Of a stretch of DNA of 64,000 nucleotides, positions 16,881-29,318 are shown piece by piece. The DNA is from Paramecium tetraurelia (Eukaryota). Under the pieces are notes generated by a model. The model was not told where the DNA came from and did not search any database. It saw only the letters and a list, made by a program, of their open reading frames with translations. A program made the translations under genes and the position numbers. Every line of letters starts with the position of its first letter. The stretch's first letter is position 1. Location of the stretch: positions 62,001 through 126,000 of the forward strand of contig CT868677.1 in the NCBI GenBank assembly GCA_000165425.1, given 5' to 3'.

Positions 16881-17763
16881 ATGCATTTCGCCATAATCTC
16901 TATGGTATCGATATAAATCTAAATTGTTCCAAGCCACTCTTATTCAGCAGTACTCCCGAGTCCATCCGTAAAACTAGAGAAAGAAGTCTCGTTCTAATTC
17001 CGACGGAATATCTAAGTCAATGTTTAGATCCTAGCCGATAGTAGAGAAACCAAAGATCAGGTGTGAAACCATAGACGTGGTGATGAGATCTAAGGATTCT
17101 ATTCCAGAGGAGACCTATTCCCAAAGATTAAAGATAATAAATTAGAGAGTATGTGTTGTTAACACTTTCAATCGTATCATCAATGTGGACAGAGTGGGAC
17201 ACAGACTGCAAAGGGGCTAGCTCTTGAGGCACTTGAGGGAATTCTACAGTCAGATCATTGTCGAACAGATCAATAGAGTTCTAAAAGTGCCAGATACGTT
17301 GACACTGCAGATGTACGAATAACTAGTAATCTCATTATAACAATTGGACAGAAAGCAATACCTGAATCTCTGCTTTCAAATATACGATTTATCAGGACAA
17401 GGTGTAATCACTAGTACAAACTTGCTCTCTATCCTTTCAGTAGAGAAGAATACTTCAATTATTGAGAATGACATTCTCACTATGATTTAACTTCGGTCGA
17501 GTCTACTTAAGTCATAGTTGGATAAGAGTGAATCATCCAGGTTACCTAAACTTAGAACCATCGTAATCAACCACAAAAGAACTTCCAAGGGCAAACGGAT
17601 GATGATCTCTCAAGTCGAGGATGAAGTAGATCAAATTGTTATACATCCCATTAATAGATTGAAACTCATTGATAAAAATCAGTTTTTCAAGATCTGGAAT
17701 GACCAAATCCCTGGAATAATTTAAGACCTCTTCAAAAACTTGAATGATTATTATTATTAATGA
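16881..17763 (+). CDS. EF-hand-like protein
   Basis: A 29-nt intron near the 5' end gives a long frame containing LCFQIYDLSGQGVITSTNL (degenerate EF-hand). Confidence 0.65.
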
Positions 17764-18157
17764 GTACGGAGACGACTGAATTTATTCCTAAAAGAATGGC
17801 CGTTGCTATAGCCATCTTGATCTTATTCATCTTCCACTATGCTTCCCTCCTTATTAATGCATTCTTCAAAGGCCCAGAATAAAAAGAGTATGTCAATAGG
17901 AGAGTGTTCCTACTTTGGAATCGCAGGTCTGTTATTTATATATCCATCCATTAGGTTTGTTGAGCATGTCTACAATTCAAAGCAGTGTGTTTTCAGCTAT
18001 ACTAGCCTGGCTCACCTTCGTCCCCCTTGCTGTATTACATTTGTGCATTTATGACAAATTTCAAAATTTGAACAATCACAAAGACACTCTCTGGCTGGCA
18101 TACTATGGATTACAATTTGTTTGGTTCCTAGGGATTATTATAGACTTCTATTCATGA
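17760..18157 (+). CDS. Small multi-pass membrane protein (apparent 1-nt frameshift near 17915)
   Basis: Hydrophobic helices AVAIAILILFIF, VFSAILAWLTFVPLAVL, WLAYYGLQFVWFLGIII; 28-nt intron 17927-17954; 5' and 3' frames differ by one base; alternative ATG at 17839. Confidence 0.55.
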
Positions 18158-18230
18158 TGCATATATTTAATCATTTATCAAATCTATTCACTCTATTCAC
18201 TCGATTATTATCATAACATGAATAATAAAA

Positions 18231-19166
18231 TCAAATTATTTTCTTTGAATTCTTAATTACATTATTGAGTTATTCGGCAAACAGTCTCCTAATTCTCAGC
18301 TACTTCGGTTTGTTCTAAATTTCTGCCTCCTCCTTTGTAAACCTCCTCAATTTTGATACAACCTCCTGAGTTGATTGCACTTCCTCATTAGACTACTTAA
18401 GTAACTCAGCGATCTTCGTTATACTATGCAAGGAATGTATTGCTCTTTTCTTATCCATCTACGCAGTCATTATTTCCCTCGAGAAAAAACTTTGATCAGT
18501 CTACTTCATGGGAACACTATGATTTCTTGATTGGACTCTGCTCTCCTTATTACTCTAATCGAGAGTGATCTAATCATCTATGTCATTGAGTGCTTTGGAC
18601 ATATCTCCCTTATCCTGACATTTGACTTACACGAACTGCTTAAAGTATTGCTCATAGTTCTTGAGTTGTTCCTCGGAATTCATCTTGATCTTCTACAGTT
18701 GTAACATTGACGACAACTCTCTGAGTCTGGATTGACCAGACACCTGACTCAATAGTTTATTCGACCACAACTCATTTGTCAATATGTACCCTTTGTTCTT
18801 GTGCAACTTATGTACGAACTAATCTTGCATCTTATTATTGTGTATTTTGGCTACCACCTCCTGATAGTCTGCCTTCTGAGATATGCTCCTTGCTATTCCT
18901 GATGCCTTCTTCAAATGCATGTAATATATATCCAAATTGGAATTCTTTGTGAAGGTCTCGAAAGTCTTTCTTCTCTACACTAATTTAGGATCGGAAATGA
19001 TGTTTGGGATCTAGAATAAGTACTTAAATTTGTCAGCCTCATTCTGTATTAACTTACTTTTATCCTTCTTGTTTATTTGATTGCTATCCTGGAAATGAAC
19101 CGAACTCTTATGAACTTATGCTGATTTCATTAGATTTTAAGATGGAGACTCTAAGGAATCTCCCAT
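18231..19166 (-). CDS. Hypothetical protein (311 aa)
   Basis: Continuous frame MGDSLESPSQNLMKS... to TGA at 18231-18233. Confidence 0.7.
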
Positions 19167-19442
19167 TATAATATTAATAATTATAAAACACATTTTTACA
19201 TGCAATATAATCTGTAATTCTGTATTATTTCAAGGTTTGGGGATGGATTACAGATTTCTATTGTAAATCAACATGTTTTAGGGAAGTTTAAGGGAAATTA
19301 AATTTTTTAATTAGTATAAATTAACCTAATTTTATTATACAAAATTGTTGAAGTAAAATAATTACACAATTTAGTTTATGTGTAATAATCTGTTTACAAT
19401 ATATAATTTGAAGTTTTTTATTTATTATTTTATGATAATAAC

Positions 19443-20582
19443 TCAAAACATGATGCCGAAAACGAATAGAATTCCTAGGGCAATTAAATTTGAATAATTT
19501 CCACTCTCGCTGAGATAGAAATCTAAAATGTCAGGTCTCATTGATTCAGACAACTCTGAAACATCTGGTTCATTATCAGTATCAGTTCTAATGTAGAAGA
19601 TACATAGATAATTATTCTCAACATCAATCCAATTTTCAAATCCATGAATACCTGGACTTGAGTAGACTGATGGTTTATCATCACTACCTGTGTCATATAC
19701 CCAGGCTCCAATAGCAAAACTATATGAATCTTCAACTTGCGTGTCTGAATCAACCTTCATGACCTCCTCTGAAACTGGCAAATCTCCTGTGTAGTCTTAG
19801 AGCATCAATTCGACAGTGGAAGCTAATAAAATAGTTTTCCCTTCAAAGGCACCCTGATTTAACAACATTCTCATGAAATTGGCATAATCAATCATTCTAA
19901 TCAGAAGCCCATCTGCAATGGCGATATTATTTCCTTTTTCTCCATCGAAGGCGGTGAAAACAGCATTTTTCATACCCAATGGAGTAGCTATATATTCATT
20001 AAATAATTCATGAAAAGTCTTACCAGAAACCTTCTCTGCAATGCCTCCAGCTATTTACATTCCAATGTCACTGTACCCAACTTTGGTACCTCCTGGAAAG
20101 TACACAGTGCTGGCTGGATATTGACCTCCATCAGCAATTCCTGAAATAGATTGTTATAAAGTAATTTGTAAATCAAAAACCCAATCATCAGCCAACTCAT
20201 AACCTGAGGTGTGAGTCATTAAATTCTTTAAAGTCAATGTTGGATTGGAATCTTTGAATTCAGGATAAAAGTCAGTTACTTTGGTATCAAGAGTCAATTA
20301 TTGCAATTCTACAAGCTTCATAATTGTGGCCATGGCAATCCATTTGCAGCCAGAAGCAATGTGAATGGTTGTATCATCATCATAAGGTTGGGTACCACTT
20401 GTGCTGAGGTGTTCCTTTAGGTAAATTGAGCCATCAGCACCTTGGATGATAATACTCATTTTATTGTCCATTATATCAAGCTTCTCGGTTATTTAGGATA
20501 TCAGATCATCCTTCGTAACACAATTAGCGCAAATTATAAGTAAAGCAGTTATCAAGGAGGGTAAGAAGTTGTTTTATTTCAT
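19443..20582 (-). CDS. Beta-lactamase-family (class C/PBP-like) serine hydrolase, secreted and probably GPI-anchored
   Basis: Intronless 379 aa; signal peptide; IASGCKW (SxxK), LMTHTSG, GYSDIG (YxN-like), YIATPLGM, SSPGIHGFENWID; hydrophobic C-terminus. Confidence 0.9.
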
Positions 20583-20856
20583 TATATTATTCGAAAAAAA
20601 GATTTCTTCTCAGTTAAAAATTAAAATTGAATGACATAATATGGGTATAGGTTTGATTCACAATTTGAGCTTAATTAGATTGTGGTTTTAATTAATTGAT
20701 TCATTTTATTTACAGACTAGAAATAATAATATAATTTCTGGTAATTATGTACCCTATTCTCATTACAAAATACTGACTTCTAATATACCAATAAAATTTT
20801 AAGTATAACGTATATTTATTGATTTTATAAAAGAATTGAATATTATTAAATAAAAA

Positions 20857-22036
20857 ATGGAAAATAAAAATATAATCCTACTAATCTTTACCTATCTTGA
20901 AATCAATGATATAGCAAGATGCGAGCAAGTTTGCCAGAGTTGGCATAGCTTTATTAATTTAGACAGCTTGTAAAACAGGAAAATTTTTAGTAAATTAACT
21001 TACAATACTCCATAATAATTTAAGTGGCATTCTAAGAAAATCTATCAAATAAAAATCAAGGACTTAATTTTCTATGAAGATAATTTGTGGATAAGGAAAA
21101 AGGAAATCGTTGATACCATTTCTTAACTTGAATTAGAGTCACTCACAATCAAACTAAATTAATTCAATTTATTCGATAAGATATTGGTCAATCAAAAACA
21201 ACTCAAAAAATTAGAAATACAAATGCCCATCAATAATTCAGAATTGCAGTTACTAACTCAATTGCCTTAATTAGAAGAGTTACATCTCAGAGTTCTAAAA
21301 AAAACAGAAGAGAATCTCAAACTAGGCCAATTCCAAAATCTTAGTGCCATATCACTCCAATGGCAAGGAATGAAACCTTAAGAAGTCCTAAAAATGGTTC
21401 AAAACTCTTATGAAACTTTGAAGGAATTGGAAATTGATTCCGAAGAATTCAATCATGATGAAATGCTCCAAATCCTTAATTGCTTGAATAAGGACAAAAT
21501 AGAGAAATTGTATATTCAATACTTTTACGATTTCTCCGATCTCCACATCCTCAAACTAAGTGAATTTTATAAATTGAAAAAGTAATGTAGATTCTTTATC
21601 TAATAGGTTATCCATTTTTAGGGCTTAGAATATTGAAGAGAATTCTATGTTATAATTGTTCTAAGGTAAATAGTTCTAGAAAATCAATTTAAATTAATGT
21701 GATGGAGTTACAGACAGAGTTCTGTTTTAAATAATAAAGAATTGTTAATAACTTAAATACATTAATCTATCATGGAGCATAGACATTTACAATCATTGGG
21801 TCTCGGTATTATTCGAAGAAGCTCTTCAATTAGAGGAAGTATATTTAATTGGATGTAAATAATTAACAGATGAATGCATACCTAAAAATTTATATTCAGG
21901 CTTATTTAAAAAATTAAGACATCTAAGTTTCGAATCCTGCAATGCCGTGAGTGATGAGAAGTTGATGATGCTGAAGAGTATATTTAGGTATGTCAAGATT
22001 GTTGGTTATTATGGAGTTGAAATTGATACAATTTGA
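20857..22036 (+). CDS. F-box/LRR protein
   Basis: N-terminal IILLIFTYLEINDIARCEQVCQSW F-box; LRRs LEEVYLIGCKQLTDEC and LRHLSFESCNAVSDE. Confidence 0.85.
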
Positions 22037-22631
22037 TAAATATAAATATAATTATAATTAATCATTCATTTTAAAAACAAAATTAATTATATTCATAAAA
22101 TAAGTACTAATTATATATCCTATATAATTGGCTTCAGTATAATTCTTAGACGATATCGACCTAAAGAATATTCTAAATTTAAGTTATTTATTTATGGTAG
22201 TATGAAAATTAGTTCCTAAGTCTAACAGAAATTCATATTTATATTTCGAATAAAAGATTGCTTACTAGATAAGTTTAATTCATATTATTAGTACAAAAAC
22301 AATCCAATTAAATTCTCTTATAACTCATATAAAGGAGAAATGATTCATAAAATTCATTTATTAATAATCTGAAAAAAAATTTTTTGCTATAATTATTTTA
22401 AATTTTAGTTGCTCTATTTATTTTATATTTCTTTTTTAACCTTTATGCAAGTTAATATGAATAGAAATGAATTCTAATTCTAAATAGCGAGAAATAAATC
22501 AAATTTCAAGTGTTATTTTAGTTTATAACCTAAAGGAAATCGTAATCAGGATTATAAAAATAAACAGTATGAATAATAGTAATATTATTGTTATCAACTT
22601 CGTCTACACTTCTTGTAATAATAAATACTGT

Positions 22632-23425
22632 GTATTATAGTAATATTTGATCACATTAAGAATAAGTCGAAATGGTGTAATAAAGATTGATAGTAAGAAA
22701 ATTGGAGATGTTAGGTTATGTGAAATTATATTGAAGTTAAAAAGTTTAATTTGAAGAAATAGTACATTATAGGATCTGTTGTTAAGTGAGTATATAAATG
22801 TAAGGATTTAATTTAAATGGGTATATCAAAATCTATAAAGTTGTTATTCCATTAACTTAAATTTGAATACTATTTTGAAAATAATGAGAGCATACAGTAA
22901 TCTTGATAATATTAAGCATATATTATATAAGTATCATTATTATCATTTATCATTGATTTGAGTTTGGTTTTAATAGGTATAGATGATTATGATGTATATA
23001 CAGTATTGTATTATTAATCCTAAACAATCAATAATTTAAATTCATCATCTTAATAGCAATCAACCAAAATATCAAAAAATGGAGATAAATGAATATTGAA
23101 ACAAATAAATGAAGTATCTATCTATACAGATGATCCAATTTATTAAAGTATTTAATTGTGCCATTCATATATTATTACTTCATTTTCCATTGATAAAGTA
23201 CCAAAATGAGTATTATTAGATGATAATGATTTATATTCTATAATAATAATAATAATTATATACAATTTCCACTTATACTATTAATTTCTTAAAACTGATT
23301 AACAATATCTACATTTCCAATTTTAGGTCTCTACATCCATCTTTATTCATAATTTACATATACTCTCTTATTCATAATATTATTCTCCTTTTTCATACAC
23401 AATATGTGCATCTTAATACATAATC
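22632..23425 (-). pseudogene. Inverted partial duplicate of the 2743-6902 surface-protein gene
   Basis: Near-identical to 2859-3665 including the intron; lacks start and signal peptide; a 14-nt deletion creates an in-frame TGA; additional 1-nt insertion. Confidence 0.9.
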
Positions 23426-23662
23426 CAATATGATTAGATTATATTAAGAATAATCAAAATTAGTAAGCTATTGGAAATAATGAGTTATTAATTTCTAATC
23501 GTAATCTTATTTATTTAAATATTGGAATAATATGAAAAAGGTTCTCTCTTATCTTCATTAGTCTTCTTGATTTGAAGATCTTTATTACCTATTGATTACT
23601 TTTGATATTAAAGAAAATTATTCTTGAGAGGTTTATATTTAAATGTTCAATCATTCACACAT

Positions 23663-25327
23663 TCATACTTTTGTTACCTGATAAGTTGAATATTTCTTTA
23701 ATTTCTAATCCCAAAATACTACATATTATCCATCATTTGTCATAGCACCATAATTGTGTTGGGTTCCACAATCGACTGATGATAGAATAATGAATTTTCC
23801 ATTGTCTAATTCCCTAATTAGATAAATATGATATTTATGTTTGATCAGTAGGAAATTCCTATTTTTATTGTATATTATAGGGAAATAATATTGATCTTCG
23901 CAATCATTGTTCTTGATATGAATAGTCTTGCTCTTACACCTTTAGAAGATTTACCATTTTTCTTCAAAGACCAAAATCCCCTAATTTTAGGTTACCCAAA
24001 GAAATTACTAGTCATTAATAAAAATAACTCTATTTCCTTTGGGTAAATATTTTAATTGATCTAAATAGTACTGCGATTCACTAGATTTAGTTGTATTCAG
24101 TATTTATTAGTTACCATTGTCACATTTTTTCTTCCATATAATATATAAATCGAATCCACAAGATACAAAAGAGGTCTCAGATTAATTATAACTTAATGAT
24201 AGAACATATTCAGAATGTTATTTCAATGATTACTTAAAAGTTAGGTAGTTATTTACAAAATCCACACTCCAAATGATAATTTATTTATCATCACTTCCTG
24301 ATATCAATTCATCTTCTCTTTGATTTAATATCAAACAATTAACAGTATCATTATGATATTAATATATATTTGAATGCCATTTATTACCATTGGCTTATTT
24401 CCAACAAATTATCTTCTTATCTGCAGAACCAGAAATAAAGTTATTTTTGAACTTACTATAAACTAGACATTTAACATGGAGACTATGCATTTAAAGTTGA
24501 TTTAATAGAGTTAATTCTCCTTTTTCAAATCTCCATATTTTTATTGACTCCATATCATTTGAAACCATGATTGATCCAGTTTTATCAAAAACTATTGTCT
24601 CACATCTACCATCTTATTTGTTATTTGTATTCTCAATCAACTTCATCTCAACCATCTCTTAAACTTAATCAACCTATTTCTTTTCTTCACTAACAGATAT
24701 TAAATCATTTGATGTTACTTCCTCATCCTCTTCTATCAAAATATATTCATTATTATTATCTTCGATTTAAATATTATTTAATCGAGTAAGACATTCTTCA
24801 TTTCCTTTGAAATTCTTAAATCTTTGTAATCTTTTGATAATTCTCTCCTTCATATATCTATTCTTTTAATTTATCTTATCTATTTACCATTTTAAATACT
24901 GTTCATCTGCAATTTTACTATCCTTCACACCTTTACTATTTTGACATCTCGAAATCTAATCAAACCTTAAAGAATTTAACCTTCTGGACCATTATTCTGC
25001 TTCTTCAATTATCTAATCTACCTCTTATAATACTATTTTTTTGAGTTGTTTTAAGAGTTTTTGAAGATTCTCTATTTCTTAAATTTTAATTGCAATATCA
25101 TTATTGACTAATTCCTTTATCTCGTTTTTTCTAAGTTCTATTTTTTATTTAATTTCTAATGTATTTGTAACCTTTAAAATATCTGATTCTAAAATCGAAT
25201 TAGTCTAAACAAATTGTTATTTTTCATTCTTATCAATTTGAGTGTCTGGAGGAATTTCGCTAATTGAATTCTGTTATTCAGGAATTTCTTTTGGTTTTTT
25301 GATATTGTTGATTACAATTCTCAACAT
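23663..25327 (-). CDS. WD40-repeat protein with N-terminal coiled coil
   Basis: FISGSADKKIICWK, HNDTVNCLILNQREDELISGSDDKQIIIW, ending YGAMTNDGQYVVFWD...KV-TGA. Confidence 0.88.
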
Positions 25328-25693
25328 AATTGTTTAATAAAATTTGTCACAATCACATATTAACCCAAAATTAATCATCTTAATAATTTGAGGAAATTCT
25401 AAAACAACATTCAATACCATTAGTATGAAAAAGTCTTTAATTTTAAATAACGATTTATGATAAATAATAATTTATATATAAATAGATAATTTAAATGAAA
25501 TTTTCGATCCATTGCTAATTTCATTATAATATATCAAATATTAAATTCTTGTGAATGAATCAATCATTATTATCATTAATTTAGTATCTTTATTATAGTA
25601 ACTATTTTATCAAATAAGAACACTATAACTACGAGATAAGTGAATAACAACAACTAAAAACATTAGGATGTAATATAATTTTTCATTTTTATT

Positions 25694-26400
<707 letters not shown>

Positions 26401-26606
26401 CAGAATTTATTAATTTTAATATTTACTTATCTAAACATTCTTAGTTTTCTATTTTTATACCTATAAAACAGATTTCAATTAATAAATTATAAATTCTAGG
26501 CATATTTATAATAACCCGATTCAGATAATTAGTAGAATTCCGTCTAACTAACACATTAGTGTATGAATAGTCAAGGCAAATTGAATAATTATATATAAAT
26601 TCTACA

Positions 26607-27287
26607 ATGTATTTAAGCAATTAAAATTATAATGCTCTTTCGAGATTAAATACAGGATCATCTTTCTTGAATCAAAAGATTTCTGTAAAGTAATAAAAAG
26701 CCTAAGAGGGTTCAGCATCATTTAATGCGACAATGAGTCCATTAAAACAATAAAGGGAATCATATCAACCCATAATAGAGGATTATTTCAATCTGCAAAT
26801 AGAAACACAAGAAGATAGAATTTGTTTCGAATGTTTGAATGGTTTCATTTGGAATATGACTTAGGGTATGGAAATAAATAAAAAAGTGGTAATTGATAAC
26901 TTGTTAGGATTGAGAAATTTAATTGATTTCATTTTGAATTCACAGTAGGAACATTCAGAAATATATCAAGAGAACAGTGGATTATAAAGTGTGAGTTCAT
27001 TTCAGATTGGATAAGCAATCAATAATTAATAAAATATTCCTGAGATCCAACTGCTTGAGTAAAAGAGATTTCTGAATGGTGTCAATCTACTTTCGGAAGA
27101 ATAACATTAGAGTGTACAAAGCAACTTAATGTTACATGAATCCCAACAAAGTGAAGGGTCTCAAGTAAATCATATGGAACCTTAGAATGAGTCAGTTGAT
27201 ATATCAAATCAGAGTTATTTTTCTGAGTACAAACGGCAAGCTTAAAATATTGAGATGGATTTATAAAGTTTTCTAAAATAAAAATGA
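26607..27287 (+). CDS. Hypothetical protein
   Basis: MYLSNQNYNALSRL...; probable small intron near 26886; TGA 27285-27287. Confidence 0.6.
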
Positions 27288-27312
27288 GTCTAACATATAT
27301 TCAATATTATGA

Positions 27313-27978
27313 TCACTCTTTAATTCTGATATTGGCATGCTGAATGCTATATCGTGAAGAAAAAGCTTGGATTGTGGGAGTTTGGAGATGAGAAAAGTGA
27401 TGATGACTAACTGATTTAGTCTTGTCTGCAGTTCTATCTCTACTGTACTTGATTAAGTGCTAGTTATTTCTGATTTTGAATTAACTAAGAAGGACTGGAG
27501 GCAACTCGCTTCTTTTCACACTCCTCGTAGTTAGAGCATTCCGATCATATAAACAGCTGTCTTTGGTTTTAATGGATTTAATCATTACTGGAACCTCAAT
27601 TTTCTTTTAAGAATGATCCTTCCAATATTTCACCGTTGACATCATGATCGAAGCTCTCTTTACAGCCTTTCTCAGCGTGGCCTTATTGTCTATTTTTGGT
27701 TTTTGCATTGCATGTTGCATACAAATCAATTGAGGATAGAGACAATTCAATCGATTCATTTTCTATCCTGAAATGCCCTCTTGATAACTCTTCCTTCTCT
27801 ATTTGGTAGGCATTTCCTGTAGTTCAGGAATAAATGAAGTATTTTTATTTCGTCTAGGTTACGCAAGTGATACTAACAATGAATTACGATTCTCGTTCAC
27901 CTTCTTATAACATCTACTGCTTGTTTTAAGATACATATCTATGTCCAAATTTGATAGATATCCTTATTGAGTTTTCAT
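27313..27978 (-). CDS. Hypothetical protein
   Basis: MKTQQGYLSNLDIDMYLK...; TGA at 27313-27315; intron positions not fully resolved. Confidence 0.55.
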
Positions 27979-28280
27979 TTCTTTATTATTATATAATTAA
28001 ACTATATATATTGAAATGCCAATTGATAATTGCCAGATATTCAAAGATCCTTAATTAAAATTATCTCTAAAATAACTTTAAACTCATCTCTTATTAAGAT
28101 TTTGATATCTCTATCCTATTAAAAAGGTATTACTCATAACATTTCCAATTCAACTTGATAGGATAAAAATGTCTGAGTCATTATTTTAAAGGTTTATTTT
28201 ATCCTAATTTAAATTGTTTCTCTTACTAATTGAATTTATAATAAATATCAATACTTATTCTAATAGAATATATATATAAA

Positions 28281-29302
28281 TCATTATTATTTAGGTTTTG
28301 ATGGAGTAAATGTCAATAGATAATGAACCATTTATGCAATGACTTCTGAGTCTAGTTTTTTTAAGGGGAAGAAGAATCCATCTTTATCAGTCATAATGTC
28401 CTCAAATTCTGTGATTAATTAGGATTGATACCTGCATCAAGTATTTTCTCTTGATCTATGAATTGATTGCAGAGATGAGATCCCCTGACTACAATAATAG
28501 GTAATTTATTAATAATGGCTTCTCTAATTTCATCAAAACAATCATTAGAGTCAGCGAATAAAATATTAACAATTTTGCATCTTGGTCTTCCTTGGGTTTT
28601 ACTTATTTTCCCAGTTGCAATACTTATATTTATAGACTATCTGATACGCTTTGCATAAATTGATTTTAAATAGTGCTTCACTTCCAATGTCCACATTATC
28701 GCCTCCCATCAGGAATATGTGAGAGTGACCATTGCTTAATTCATTTTTTTCAATTTTGGTGGGATTCAATTTGGGATAGGAGACAGCTTATTCAGGTGCA
28801 ACACCGATGAGCTAATTATGCTTGAATAGGATGAATACAGTGCAATTTCTTCTGAGACTGAATTTTTCAATGCCAGTGGTTATTCCATTATCGATGATAA
28901 CTGCATCAGTATTATGACATGCTCTGGCAATACCAGCGTAGAATTTGCCACGATTAGAGTTTGGATTGTCAAAGTTGTGTCTGCAACCAATAAAATTGAC
29001 CACAGGCAATCCATCGTCTAATTTCAGTTTCGTAAGTATTTCAGTCATCGGAAAGGTTTTGGGTTGGTTATAATTAACTTTGATGAGTTTGGCTAGTTTC
29101 CCTGCTGGGAATAGGAAATCAAAGCACTTCCAGGCTTGATTTTGTTCAAGCTTTTATTGAGTCATAAACACATTGGGATCTTCAGGAGGCTTGAAAAATT
29201 GGAATATGATAGTACAATTTGGGTATCAAGTTGAAAGGTCTATTATTCTAGTTATTATTATTCGTCCTATTATTGTTATTCTTCTTCTCCTTGTTCTGAC
29301 AT
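28281..29302 (-). CDS. Stand-alone LSDAT (SLOG superfamily, TRPM N-terminus-like) domain protein
   Basis: PVVNFIG, GIARACHNTDAVIIDNGITTGI, LIGVAP, LSNGHSHIFL, EAIINKLPIIVVRGS; no TM helices seen. Confidence 0.8.
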
Positions 29303-29318
29303 TACAATAATTAAATAA

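Noticed and set aside
19443..20582. Bacterial contamination or a true antibiotic-resistance gene
   Set aside because: In-frame TAR codons and eukaryotic targeting signals show it is resident; the fold alone does not establish beta-lactamase activity
23347..23654. Chimeric ~100-codon minus-strand ORF running into the duplicated fragment
   Set aside because: With only one stop codon, frames of this length arise by chance; it terminates just after the deletion
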